Virus record (IMG/VR): IMGVR_UViG_3300045988_051183
From: a virus
Length of the DNA stretch: 45,953 nucleotides
Reading direction: 5' to 3' (one strand)
The position numbers were made by a program, and so were the translations under genes. Below, one piece after another: positions 1 to 7,586 of this stretch (position 1 is the stretch's first letter; every line of letters starts with the position of its first letter). Under the pieces are notes generated by a model. That model was not told the DNA's origin. It saw only the letters and a program-made list of their open reading frames with translations, and did not search any database.

Positions 1-119
1 GCTTCAACGAAGATGTGTTTGAAGCAGGCATTGATTGCAGCAGCAAGACCATGTATCCCGACTGGCTGTCCCTTACGGGTGACGGCTATGTGGCTGAGAT
101 GTACAAGAAGTATGGCAGA
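1..119. repeat. Terminal direct repeat, left copy (circular closure overlap)
   Basis: Exact 119-nt identity with 45835-45953. It lies inside the nrdD reading frame and is in phase with it. Confidence 0.95.
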
Positions 120-1097
120 GTGGTAAGTCCTATGGGTTGCCGTGCATTCCTGTCCCCGTGGTTTGAGCGTGGCGGTATGGAGCCTGCGGACGCAGATGAC
201 AAGCCTGTATTTGTGGGACGCTTCAATGTTGGTGCGGTATCCCTGCACCTGCCTATGATTCTGGCAAAAGCCAGAGCGGAGAGCCGTGACTTCTATGAAG
301 TCCTGGACTACTACCTGGAAATGATTAGAGGGGTTCACAAGCGTACCTATGAGTACCTGGGTGAGATGAAAGCCAGTACCAACCCTATCATGTACTGTGA
401 GGGCGGCGTGTACGGTGGACACCTCAAACCGTCTGACAAAATCAAGCCCCTGCTGAAACCCATGACGGCTTCCTTCGGTATCACCGCACTGAATGAGTTG
501 CAGCGGCTCTACAACGGCAAGTCCATTGCGGAGGACGGAGAGTTTGCACTGGAAGTTATGAAGCATATCAACCAGAAGGTCACAGAGTTCAAGAAGCAGG
601 ACGGATGGTTGTATGCAATCTACGGAACCCCGGCAGAAAGCCTGTGTGGTTTGCAGATTGAGCAGTTCCGCAAAAAGTACGGCATTATCGAAAATGTATC
701 TGACCGCCCGTATGTGAGCAATTCCTTCCACTGCCATGTGACAGAGGACTTAACCCCGATTGAGAAGCAAGACCTTGAGGGGCGGTTCTGGAATATGTTC
801 AACGGTGGAAAGATTCAGTACGTTCGCTATCCGATTTCCTACAACCGGGAAGCGGTCAAGACCCTGGTTCGTAGAGCAATGCAGCTTGGTTTCTACGAAG
901 GTGTGAACCTCTCCCTTGCTTACTGTGATGACTGCGGACACCAGGAACTTGAGATGGATGTTTGCCCGGTCTGCGGCAGCACCAACCTCACAAAGATTGA
1001 CCGCATGAACGGTTACCTGTCCTACTCCCGTGTTCACGGTGATACCCGTCTGAATGCAGCGAAGATGGCAGAGATTGCAGAACGGAGGTCTATGTAA
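1..1097 (+). CDS. nrdD: Anaerobic ribonucleoside-triphosphate reductase, C-terminal part (continues from 44805..45953 across the circular junction)
   Basis: The frame is continuous with the ORF running off the 3' end. There is a C-terminal CDDCGH..CPVCG zinc site and a glycyl-radical motif RMNGYLSYS. Confidence 0.9.
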   Translation, partial: FNEDVFEAGIDCSSKTMYPDWLSLTGDGYVAEMYKKYGRVVSPMGCRAFLSPWFERGGMEPADADDKPVFVGRFNVGAVSLHLPMILAKARAESRDFYEVLDYYLEMIRGVHKRTYEYLGEMKASTNPIMYCEGGVYGGHLKPSDKIKPLLKPMTASFGITALNELQRLYNGKSIAEDGEFALEVMKHINQKVTEFKKQDGWLYAIYGTPAESLCGLQIEQFRKKYGIIENVSDRPYVSNSFHCHVTEDLTPIEKQDLEGRFWNMFNGGKIQYVRYPISYNREAVKTLVRRAMQLGFYEGVNLSLAYCDDCGHQELEMDVCPVCGSTNLTKIDRMNGYLSYSRVHGDTRLNAAKMAEIAERRSM

Positions 1098-1524
1098 TGG
1101 GGGGGGACGAAACTTGCATGACATTGGACTGGAAAATCTCAGATTCGGGATTGTGGAACAGGCTGTAGACGATTACCTCAGTATACTGGCAGGCTTCATC
1201 GTCCCGACAACGGACTGCAACCTGGCAGAACTGGAACGGTTCTTCTACTCCGACTGGTTCAGTGTTTTATGTAAGTTGGAGCCAGAGTTCATTATTGAGA
1301 GTCTGAAAAGAAAGGCGAAGAAAATGATTTTGAAATACACTGTATCGAAGCAGAAAGGCAGTAGCCGTTACTATGTGCATGAGGTAGGCAGTAAAGAGCC
1401 TATCCCCGGCACACTGGGAACTAAGAAACAGGCTTTGCATAGAGCGGCAAAGATGAATGACCTGGACTATAAGGACTACATGAGAGTCCGCAGAAGGGAT
1501 GGTGTGAGTTGTGATAAAAATTGA
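1054..1524 (+). CDS. Hypothetical protein (start uncertain, see G8 tract)
   Basis: Open frame of 156 codons. ATG 1054 has no visible SD and lies 44 nt inside nrdD. The coupled TAATG start at 1097 is one G out of frame. Confidence 0.55.
   Translation: MQRRWQRLQNGGLCNGGGRNLHDIGLENLRFGIVEQAVDDYLSILAGFIVPTTDCNLAELERFFYSDWFSVLCKLEPEFIIESLKRKAKKMILKYTVSKQKGSSRYYVHEVGSKEPIPGTLGTKKQALHRAAKMNDLDYKDYMRVRRRDGVSCDKN
1099..1106 (+). repeat. G8 homopolymer followed by ACG (one of three G8ACG sites)
   Basis: The sequence reads atggggggggacg directly after the nrdD stop. Confidence 0.9.
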
Positions 1525-2191
1525 TGAAGTCGAAACCTACGGATGGCAGGCGGCTATCCGTGGTATGAGAAACCCGAAGAACTCTTGGGAGAAGTCAGAC
1601 AGCTATCCCGCTGTAGATTGCGGGAAGTGCGGAGTGATTGACCGGGACGGTATCTGTCATCCGAAAGAGCATGACTGCACTCCGTTTGCCTGCTATGCAG
1701 TCGGTGACAATGACTTGAAGCTGATGGAAACCCTGGGTGCTGCGGGAACTGACCACGGGAAGTACCTGCGTATGATTACCGTGACCGCAGACATTACCGC
1801 CCCCCTGTATTGGTGGAAAGAGTACGATACCTACAAGGTAGGCACTGTGGCAAACTCTTGTTCTACCATGCACAAAATCCAGGCAAAGGAGTTTGTTCTG
1901 GGTGATTTCAGCACGGAACACCTCTCCGCTACAAACCTCATTGTATTCAGCATGGTCATTGACGCTATGAATAATGCCCGTCTGGATTTCTTGCAGAGAA
2001 AGGACAAGAAGGACTGGTGGCAGATGATTCAGATGTTACCGACCTGCTACAACCAGAAGAGAACCGTACAGTTTAACTACGCTGTTCTCAAGAATATGTA
2101 CCATTCCCGACAGAATCACAAACTGGATGAGTGGCGTGAGTTCTGCAAGTGGGTGGAAACCCTGCCGTACAGTCAGTTAATCACAGGATAA
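1511..2191 (+). CDS. Hypothetical protein, possible divergent ThyX (Thy1)-like fold
   Basis: GTG start. The layout GDNDLKLM..DHGKYLRMITVTADITAPLYWWKEYDTYK..NSCSTMH and later LPTCYNQKRTVQFNYAVLKNMYHSR resembles ThyX, but the RHR and SxRY motifs are replaced. Confidence 0.35.
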   Translation: MIKIDEVETYGWQAAIRGMRNPKNSWEKSDSYPAVDCGKCGVIDRDGICHPKEHDCTPFACYAVGDNDLKLMETLGAAGTDHGKYLRMITVTADITAPLYWWKEYDTYKVGTVANSCSTMHKIQAKEFVLGDFSTEHLSATNLIVFSMVIDAMNNARLDFLQRKDKKDWWQMIQMLPTCYNQKRTVQFNYAVLKNMYHSRQNHKLDEWREFCKWVETLPYSQLITG

Positions 2192-2204
2192 GGAGAGTGT
2201 GGGA

Positions 2205-2993
2205 ATGAAGGATTATTCCAAAATACCAGAGGAATTAAAGAATATGAATCAGTGGGTGTGTGCCTGGGATAACTCCAAAATTCCCATGAAAGCCTTTGAG
2301 AAGAAAGCCGCTTCCTCTACTGCCCCAGATACATGGAGTTCCTTTGAGCAGGCAGAGTGGGCAGTAGAGAACGGCTATTATGATAACCTGGGATTTGTAT
2401 TCGCAGATAACGGACTGGTTGGTATTGATATTGACGCAGGCTTTGAGGATGGTCTTATGACCCCTCTCTGCGCCGATATTATGACCGCCTGCAAGTCCTA
2501 CACAGAGAAGTCCAGAAGCGGACGTGGAGTACATATCCTGCTGCGGGGGACGCTCCCCTTCCACGGCAAGAACAACCTTGCAGGTGTTGAGATTTACAAA
2601 GCCCGCAGGTTCTTCATTATGACCGGGAAGCAGCTTATCTTTCCAACTATCATTGAGAACCAGGAAGCCGTTGATTATGTGGTGGAGAAGTACTTCAAAG
2701 AGGTTGAGAAAGAGAACGGCGGGAAGTCTGCACTGGTGCAGAAGATATACGCTCCGAAGTTCAGTAAGCCAGAGGGCGGCAAGATTCCCGTTCGCCCCGA
2801 TTACCCGCCGATTGCTTCCGGGGGCAGAAACCTGTCACTCACTTCCCTGGCAGGTGCAATGCACAACACGGGTTACACCCCGGCACAGATTTATGCAGAA
2901 CTAAAATTTGTCAATATGACTCAGTGCAAGCCGCCGCTTGATGACCGGGAACTGCAAACCATTACAGAAAGCGTGACGAGGTACAGACGATGA
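2205..2993 (+). CDS. Primase-polymerase (archaeo-eukaryotic primase superfamily) with PriCT-like C-terminal domain
   Basis: GFVFADNGLVGIDID..SRSGRGVHILL..GVEIY..RFFIMTG motifs. The C-terminus GGRNLSLTSLAGAMHNTGYTPAQIY resembles PriCT. SD AAGGAGAG lies upstream of ATG 2205. Confidence 0.8.
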   Translation: MKDYSKIPEELKNMNQWVCAWDNSKIPMKAFEKKAASSTAPDTWSSFEQAEWAVENGYYDNLGFVFADNGLVGIDIDAGFEDGLMTPLCADIMTACKSYTEKSRSGRGVHILLRGTLPFHGKNNLAGVEIYKARRFFIMTGKQLIFPTIIENQEAVDYVVEKYFKEVEKENGGKSALVQKIYAPKFSKPEGGKIPVRPDYPPIASGGRNLSLTSLAGAMHNTGYTPAQIYAELKFVNMTQCKPPLDDRELQTITESVTRYRR

Positions 2994-3151
2994 GAAGAGA
3001 AACTGGAAATCCCTGCTTTGATTGCAGGTGTGGTTGGTATGACTCTGACCTGGGGTGTACCTGTCCTCCACTTGAGAAGTGGTATCAATGCCCGTTAGAG
3101 CCAGAACCCGACTGGGAAGAAATAATGAAGGAGGAAAAGAACCATGGGTGA
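2990..3151 (+). CDS. Cys-rich miniprotein, 53 aa (7 Cys)
   Basis: Hand translation gives MRRETGNPCFDCRCGWYDSDLGCTCPPLEKWYQCPLEPEPDWEEIMKEEKNHG. There is an ATGA overlap with the primase-polymerase stop. It is below the ORF-track size cutoff. Confidence 0.6.
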   Translation: MRRETGNPCFDCRCGWYDSDLGCTCPPLEKWYQCPLEPEPDWEEIMKEEKNHG

Positions 3152-3284
3152 AACGTGTGCAACCTGTACTCACTTCATCGGTAGCGGTGACTGGGGTCTG
3201 TGTTGTGATTTGAAATATGATTTATGTTATAGCTGCACTCCGAAGTGCAATGAATATGAAGAGAGGAAGGAGGAAAGCCGATGA
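3144..3284 (+). CDS. Cys-rich miniprotein, 46 aa (8 Cys)
   Basis: Hand translation gives MGETCATCTHFIGSGDWGLCCDLKYDLCYSCTPKCNEYEERKEESR. SD GGAGG lies 9 nt upstream. There is an ATGA overlap with the radical SAM start. Confidence 0.65.
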   Translation: MGETCATCTHFIGSGDWGLCCDLKYDLCYSCTPKCNEYEERKEESR

Positions 3285-3955
3285 AGTATATGAGCGTTAT
3301 TACGAATTTCGGATGTCATTATAAATGCCCCTACTGTATCGTGAAAGAGAATAATCTTCACATTCCGAAAACCACGGTTGCAGGATTGGACAATCTAAGG
3401 GAAGCCTTGAAAGAGAACGGGTGTAACATCATTTCGCTATCTGGTGGAGGTGACCCACTTCACGAATACGATAAGCACATTGAATGGTATCGTAAATTTT
3501 TCGGTATCATCCAGAATCACTGGGTATTTTTCAATGACCGTGAACGTCCAATTCCTGTAGAAATGCACACAAGCTACATGACGGACGAAACCTCTTTTCC
3601 GTTCTATGATTGCTACAGAGTTGTATATCATGCGAATACTCTTGAGCAGCTTTCACATATTCGCAGAACTGGAAATGAAATAGTTCGGGCGGTATTTGTA
3701 GTAACGGCTGAATATACCATCAAAGATATTATGGATATTGCTCTTTTTGTAAAGAACAGTCCCGACATTGATGAGTTGAGTTTTCGTCAGTTGGTTGATG
3801 ACAATTACGAAGAGCAGCACTACCTTGAAGAGTATCTTCGCATGGGACATAAAAAGCTGTGGTGGTACATTGAGCAGAGTGACTACAACCTGTACTACGC
3901 TGAAAACCAGGTAAGTACCCGGTATCGTGACTTTGAGAAGGAGGTACAGGTATGA
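3281..3955 (+). CDS. Compact radical SAM protein of unknown function
   Basis: CHYKCPYC matches the CxxxCxxC cluster motif. SLSGGGDPL is a glycine-rich SAM motif. The protein is only 224 aa with no extra Cys clusters (no SPASM-like domain). Confidence 0.8.
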   Translation: MKYMSVITNFGCHYKCPYCIVKENNLHIPKTTVAGLDNLREALKENGCNIISLSGGGDPLHEYDKHIEWYRKFFGIIQNHWVFFNDRERPIPVEMHTSYMTDETSFPFYDCYRVVYHANTLEQLSHIRRTGNEIVRAVFVVTAEYTIKDIMDIALFVKNSPDIDELSFRQLVDDNYEEQHYLEEYLRMGHKKLWWYIEQSDYNLYYAENQVSTRYRDFEKEVQV

Positions 3956-4134
3956 AGCAATGGGAATACGAACAGTTGCAATCCGAACTTACAAAGAAAA
4001 TGCAGAACAATCCTTACGGACGTACTGCAAACTTCAAACGTAACGTGAGGATGGATACAAAGAAGGGATTCTTGCAGCGAAGAGCATTCTTCATAATTTC
4101 TATAAATGGAAAGGAGGTACAGAAGAGTGAGTGA
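3952..4134 (+). CDS. Hypothetical small basic protein (60 aa)
   Basis: ATGA overlap with the radical SAM stop and a GGAGG SD. Confidence 0.5.
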   Translation: MKQWEYEQLQSELTKKMQNNPYGRTANFKRNVRMDTKKGFLQRRAFFIISINGKEVQKSE

Positions 4135-5605
4135 TGAATTATTTCAGTTGTCCAACGGCAGGTACATTACCTCTGAGGACATAAGCAGAAAGCTGTATTA
4201 CATTAAAGACCACCACCCGGAAACCGCCTACCAGGATGATTCTACGGGGTACTCCTGGGATGAAGCGGGCATGGCTGACCTCTTCTCTGAGTGCTATCAG
4301 AATGATACCCGCTACTGCCCGGAAGCAAAGTCCTGGTACACCTATGAAACTGGCAAGTGGCACAAGGATGTGGGTGCGCTTCTGGTTTCTGCAAAGATTA
4401 AGGAGTTCGTGCGGCTCATGGCTCTGTACTGCGGAGAGATTACCGATGAGGAAAAGCGCAAGCAGTACATGGCTTTTGTGGGAAAGATGGGTGACCGCCG
4501 TTTCCGTGACCGTCTTATGAAGGACGCTGCGGACAGCATGAAGATTGCGGCGGCACAGTTTGACACTCACCCCTATCTGATTAACTGTCTGAATGGCACT
4601 TATGACCTGGAACACATGAAGTTCCGTGAGCATAGATGGGACGATTTCTTGACCATGCAGACCAATTTTGAATACACCTTGCAGGAAGTTACCTGCCCGC
4701 GATGGGAACAGTTCATCAAGGAAGTTACCCAGAACGAAGCAGACAAGGCAGACTACTTGCAGAGGGCTTTGGGCTATTCAATCTTAGGTACAAGCAAGGA
4801 AGAATGTATGTTCATTCTCCATGGTAAGACCACCCGCAACGGCAAAAGTACTATGCTTGACGCTATTCAGCACTTGCTTGGTGACTATTCGACCGTGGCT
4901 CCTGTGGAACTTATCTGCCGTGGTGACCGCCAGAAGAACGCAGAAGCAGCGAACCCGGTACTGGCAAAGCTGAAAGGTAAGCGCATGGTTACCATGAGTG
5001 AGTCAGATACCGCAGGTAAACTGGATGAAGCTACGATTAAGCAGTACACAGGTGGTGAGGACATTACTGCCCGTGAGTTGTATCAGTCAGCTATCACCTT
5101 CAAGCCGCAGTTTACTATGTGGCTGTCCTGTAATGACCTCCCTTCGGTAAAGGATAAATCCCTGTTTGCTTCTGACCGTGTGCGTGTCATTGAGTTCAAT
5201 CGTCACTTCACTGATGAAGAGCAGGATAAGGGACTCAAGGACTACTTTGAAACCCCAGAAGCAATGAGGGGTATATTCACATGGTTAGTGGCGGGCTACT
5301 TCAAGTATATCCGCTTCGGGCTGAAAATGTCCCAAGGTATGCAGAAGGTTATTAAGCAGTATGAGAAGGACAATGACCTGGTACTGCAATTCCTGGAAGA
5401 GAAGTGTGAGCGTAACGCAGAAGGTAAGACCCGTGCGAAGTCCCTCTATGATAACTACAAGATGTGGTGCAAGGGCAATGGGTATTATGTATGCAGCATG
5501 AAGAAATTCAATGCAGAACTGACCGTACACCCGGAATGGTATGCAGACAAGGCAGTTACCCAGGGCGTTTTGTTCTATTATGGAGTAGCTTTAAGGCAAA
5601 ATTAG
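4127..5605 (+). CDS. D5 / P4-type primase-helicase (D5_N plus SF3 helicase domain)
   Basis: Walker A HGKTTRNGKST, Walker B-like RMVTMSESD, then YTGGEDITARELYQS..FTMWLSCNDLP..RVRVIEF. GTG 4127 lies 9 nt after AAGGAGG; the alternative start is ATG 4106. Confidence 0.85.
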   Translation: MSDELFQLSNGRYITSEDISRKLYYIKDHHPETAYQDDSTGYSWDEAGMADLFSECYQNDTRYCPEAKSWYTYETGKWHKDVGALLVSAKIKEFVRLMALYCGEITDEEKRKQYMAFVGKMGDRRFRDRLMKDAADSMKIAAAQFDTHPYLINCLNGTYDLEHMKFREHRWDDFLTMQTNFEYTLQEVTCPRWEQFIKEVTQNEADKADYLQRALGYSILGTSKEECMFILHGKTTRNGKSTMLDAIQHLLGDYSTVAPVELICRGDRQKNAEAANPVLAKLKGKRMVTMSESDTAGKLDEATIKQYTGGEDITARELYQSAITFKPQFTMWLSCNDLPSVKDKSLFASDRVRVIEFNRHFTDEEQDKGLKDYFETPEAMRGIFTWLVAGYFKYIRFGLKMSQGMQKVIKQYEKDNDLVLQFLEEKCERNAEGKTRAKSLYDNYKMWCKGNGYYVCSMKKFNAELTVHPEWYADKAVTQGVLFYYGVALRQN

Positions 5606-5613
5606 GTGGGCAT

Positions 5614-5700
5614 GGTAGGGTAAAATAAGATTTTACTATAAGTTTTCTTAGTACGCGCGTATCTATAAAAACTTACTGTAAAAATTGAATTTGCCCTACC
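5614..5700. repeat. 87-bp AT-rich imperfect palindrome, copy 1
   Basis: Runs ggtagggtaaaat...acgcgcgt...ttgccctacc. It is homologous in inverted orientation to 9342-9428. Confidence 0.85.
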
Positions 5701-5747
5701 AACCTCATGCCAGACAGCAACTCTTACTTGACAGAAAGGAGACAGAA

Positions 5748-5927
5748 ATGGAGTCTTATGTAGAAAGATGGAAGCGGGAGCAGGAGGAAAAACGACTGCT
5801 TGAACAGGAAGAAGCAAAGCAGAAGGAGGTGCAGAAGAGCAATGGCAGAAGAGCAGAAGAAACCCGGAGTAAGAGGGAAAGACAGAAAGCCCAGAAGAAC
5901 AGAAGGGTATCAGAAGAGCAGTCCTAA
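5748..5927 (+). CDS. Lys/Glu/Arg-rich small protein (59 aa), overlapping the 5' part of the terS frame
   Basis: SD AAAGGAGA lies upstream of ATG 5748. The sequence MESYVERWKREQEEKRLLEQEEAKQKE is predicted to be charged and helical. Both frames are open across the CAGAAG repeats. Confidence 0.45.
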   Translation: MESYVERWKREQEEKRLLEQEEAKQKEVQKSNGRRAEETRSKRERQKAQKNRRVSEEQS

Positions 5928-6504
5928 GAATTTGATGAAAGCCAGAGAGAACAGTCCTATCATGCAGGCTCAGAAGGTAGAAATGCCAGAAGGGTACAAT
6001 GCAAAAGTGACTGCCTTTATGATGGAGATTATGCCGAAAGAACCTCTGGACTTGCAGGATGTGGCAGAAATGGAAAGACGGTTCTTGAATTATGTGCAGA
6101 AATGTTCCGAGTGGGATATGAAGGTAGGTAACCAGGCTGCGTATATGGCTATCGGCATTACGAAGGAACAGGCGTGGGAGTGGGAGAACGTCACGAAGGG
6201 GAACCCCGCCCGTACTGACTTTATCAAAAAAGTTCGCCAGTTCTGCGGCGTTTTTCGTGAGGGTCTTATGCAGGACGGCAAGGTGAACCCTGTTACGGGT
6301 ATCTTCTGGCAGAAGAACTATGACGGCATGAAAGACCAGACAGAAATGGTACTCACCCCGAACAATCCTCTGGGAGAGCAGAAGGATATGAAAGCCCTTG
6401 AGCAGAAATACCTTGAGAGTGCCTATGACGGCTCAGAAGCCGCAGAAGGAACTTTTACAGAAATCGCAGAAAGCCCAGAAGGGGCAGAAGGGCAGAAAGA
6501 CTGA
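5800..6504 (+). CDS. terS: Terminase small subunit (start uncertain: 5800, 5842 or 5934)
   Basis: The segment FLNYVQKCSEWDMKVGNQAAYMAIGITKEQAWEW..FIKKVRQFCGVFREGLMQDGKVNPVTGIFWQKNYDGMKDQ follows the usual TerS HTH plus IFxLKNxxGxxD-type layout. Confidence 0.7.
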   Translation: MNRKKQSRRRCRRAMAEEQKKPGVRGKDRKPRRTEGYQKSSPKNLMKARENSPIMQAQKVEMPEGYNAKVTAFMMEIMPKEPLDLQDVAEMERRFLNYVQKCSEWDMKVGNQAAYMAIGITKEQAWEWENVTKGNPARTDFIKKVRQFCGVFREGLMQDGKVNPVTGIFWQKNYDGMKDQTEMVLTPNNPLGEQKDMKALEQKYLESAYDGSEAAEGTFTEIAESPEGAEGQKD

Positions 6505-6534
6505 TTTAAAAAGTCACAGAAGGGGCAGAAGGGC
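6476..6534. repeat. Two copies of the 18-bp direct repeat cagaaggggcagaagggc
   Basis: Exact copies at 6476-6493 and 6517-6534, spanning the terS stop. Confidence 0.9.
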
Positions 6535-6809
6535 GGCAACCCTGCCCGCCTGCTGCCTGCCCTGCGGCAGACCTGCCCGCCCTGGCTGCGGGGTTTCACC
6601 ATGCTTTCAAGGCATGGGACAGGGACAGACCGCCCGCCGCCCGTGGTGCTGTCTTGCTGCCGTGGTGCAGGCGTGGACGCTATGCGCCCATCTGCGCCCC
6701 TCTGCGGGGTTTCTGCCCGTTATGGTATAAGTATAGCCCCGCACGGCTTGCGCCCGTCCTGGGCGGCTCTGCGGGGCTGTGAGGGCATACAAGCAAATAG
6801 ACATAAAAG

Positions 6810-6846
6810 AACCCCGGTGCAGGCTGTGAACCTGTCCGGGGTTTTC
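6810..6846. terminator. Bidirectional intrinsic terminator-like hairpin
   Basis: aaccccgg-N18-ccggggtt, followed by tttt on the + strand and by ttctttta on the - strand. It sits directly after the FtsK-like gene stop. Confidence 0.6.
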
Positions 6847-6851
6847 GTGTG

Positions 6852-7586
6852 TTATAACCAACGCAAGCGGGGGCGGCTGTGGTGCTTCCAATAGTCTACA
6901 AGCCGTTGCACCTCTGCGGGGCTGTACATGGGTATATTATACAGTTGCAAGCCCGCCGGGGTCATATAATAGCCCTGTCCATAACGGGGCAGGGTTTCGC
7001 ACCCTGGCAAGCCTAAAATATTACGGCTGTCTTGCTTGCTGCGGGTTCTGAGTCCTACCCGGCTATCAAAGTTTACTTTTATAGGGGTAGGGATAACAGC
7101 GGATAGCGGGCATTGTGTAGCGGCTATAATATGCACGTTTGCCGCCCTGCCTATCTGCGCAAGGCGTTGTATAAGCGGTTGCACCTGTTTTCTATTGGTT
7201 GTCATCAAGTCCGCAAGTTCGTCTATAATCACATAGACCGCCCCGCCGCTGTAGTTCTTTTCATGGCGGGCTTGCATAGCCCTGTAGCGGCGTTCTGTCG
7301 TGTCAATGGCAAGTTGTAAAGCCTGTACCATGTCCCCAGGTTCACTTGCATACTGTAGCGTATGCGGTAGACGTTTATAGTTAATTAGTTCTACCCGTTT
7401 TGGGTCGATGAATATAAATTGAACGGCGGCGGGGCTGTCTTTCAATGCGGTTGTAATTATGCCGTTTATAACTACACTTTTACCGCTGCCCGTTGCCCCC
7501 GCAACTAATAAGTGCGGTTGATGTAGCATATCCGCATACAGGTTATAATATTGCCCCTGTGGCGTTGTCCATGTCTTTTTAATCAA
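6852..7586 (-). CDS. Stand-alone FtsK/SpoIIIE-family P-loop ATPase (244 aa, no membrane or gamma domain)
   Basis: Walker A GATGSGKS, Walker B VYVIIDELADL, then HIIAATQCP and SRVGLRTRSKQDSRNILG. TTG start lies 8 nt after GGAGGT. Confidence 0.85.
   Translation of the reverse strand: MIKKTWTTPQGQYYNLYADMLHQPHLLVAGATGSGKSVVINGIITTALKDSPAAVQFIFIDPKRVELINYKRLPHTLQYASEPGDMVQALQLAIDTTERRYRAMQARHEKNYSGGAVYVIIDELADLMTTNRKQVQPLIQRLAQIGRAANVHIIAATQCPLSAVIPTPIKVNFDSRVGLRTRSKQDSRNILGLPGCETLPRYGQGYYMTPAGLQLYNIPMYSPAEVQRLVDYWKHHSRPRLRWL

Noticed and set aside
2789-2802. The 14-mer cgttcgccccgatt in the primase-polymerase gene is identical to the 3' end of TR (IMH*-like)
   Set aside because: There is no TR homology upstream of the 14-mer, no adenine-pattern differences and no downstream CTTGT hairpin. 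It encodes PVRPDY within a conserved-looking domain. It is noted as a curiosity, not a third VR.
2990-3955. Reading the Cys-rich peptides plus the radical SAM enzyme as a sactipeptide/ranthipeptide-type RiPP cluster
   Set aside because: The enzyme is only 224 aa, with two Cys outside the CxxxCxxC motif. It has no SPASM or twitch auxiliary cluster domain, no RiPP recognition element, and no protease or exporter nearby. The idea is kept only as a low-probability alternative in the finding.
6398-6894. ORFs of 110, 97 and 94 aa in the GC-rich spacer after terS
   Set aside because: Their Arg/Pro/Ala/Cys/Gly-rich translations are of the kind produced by GC-rich non-coding DNA. The frames overlap on both strands and lack ribosome binding sites. 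The region is better explained by repeats and hairpins.
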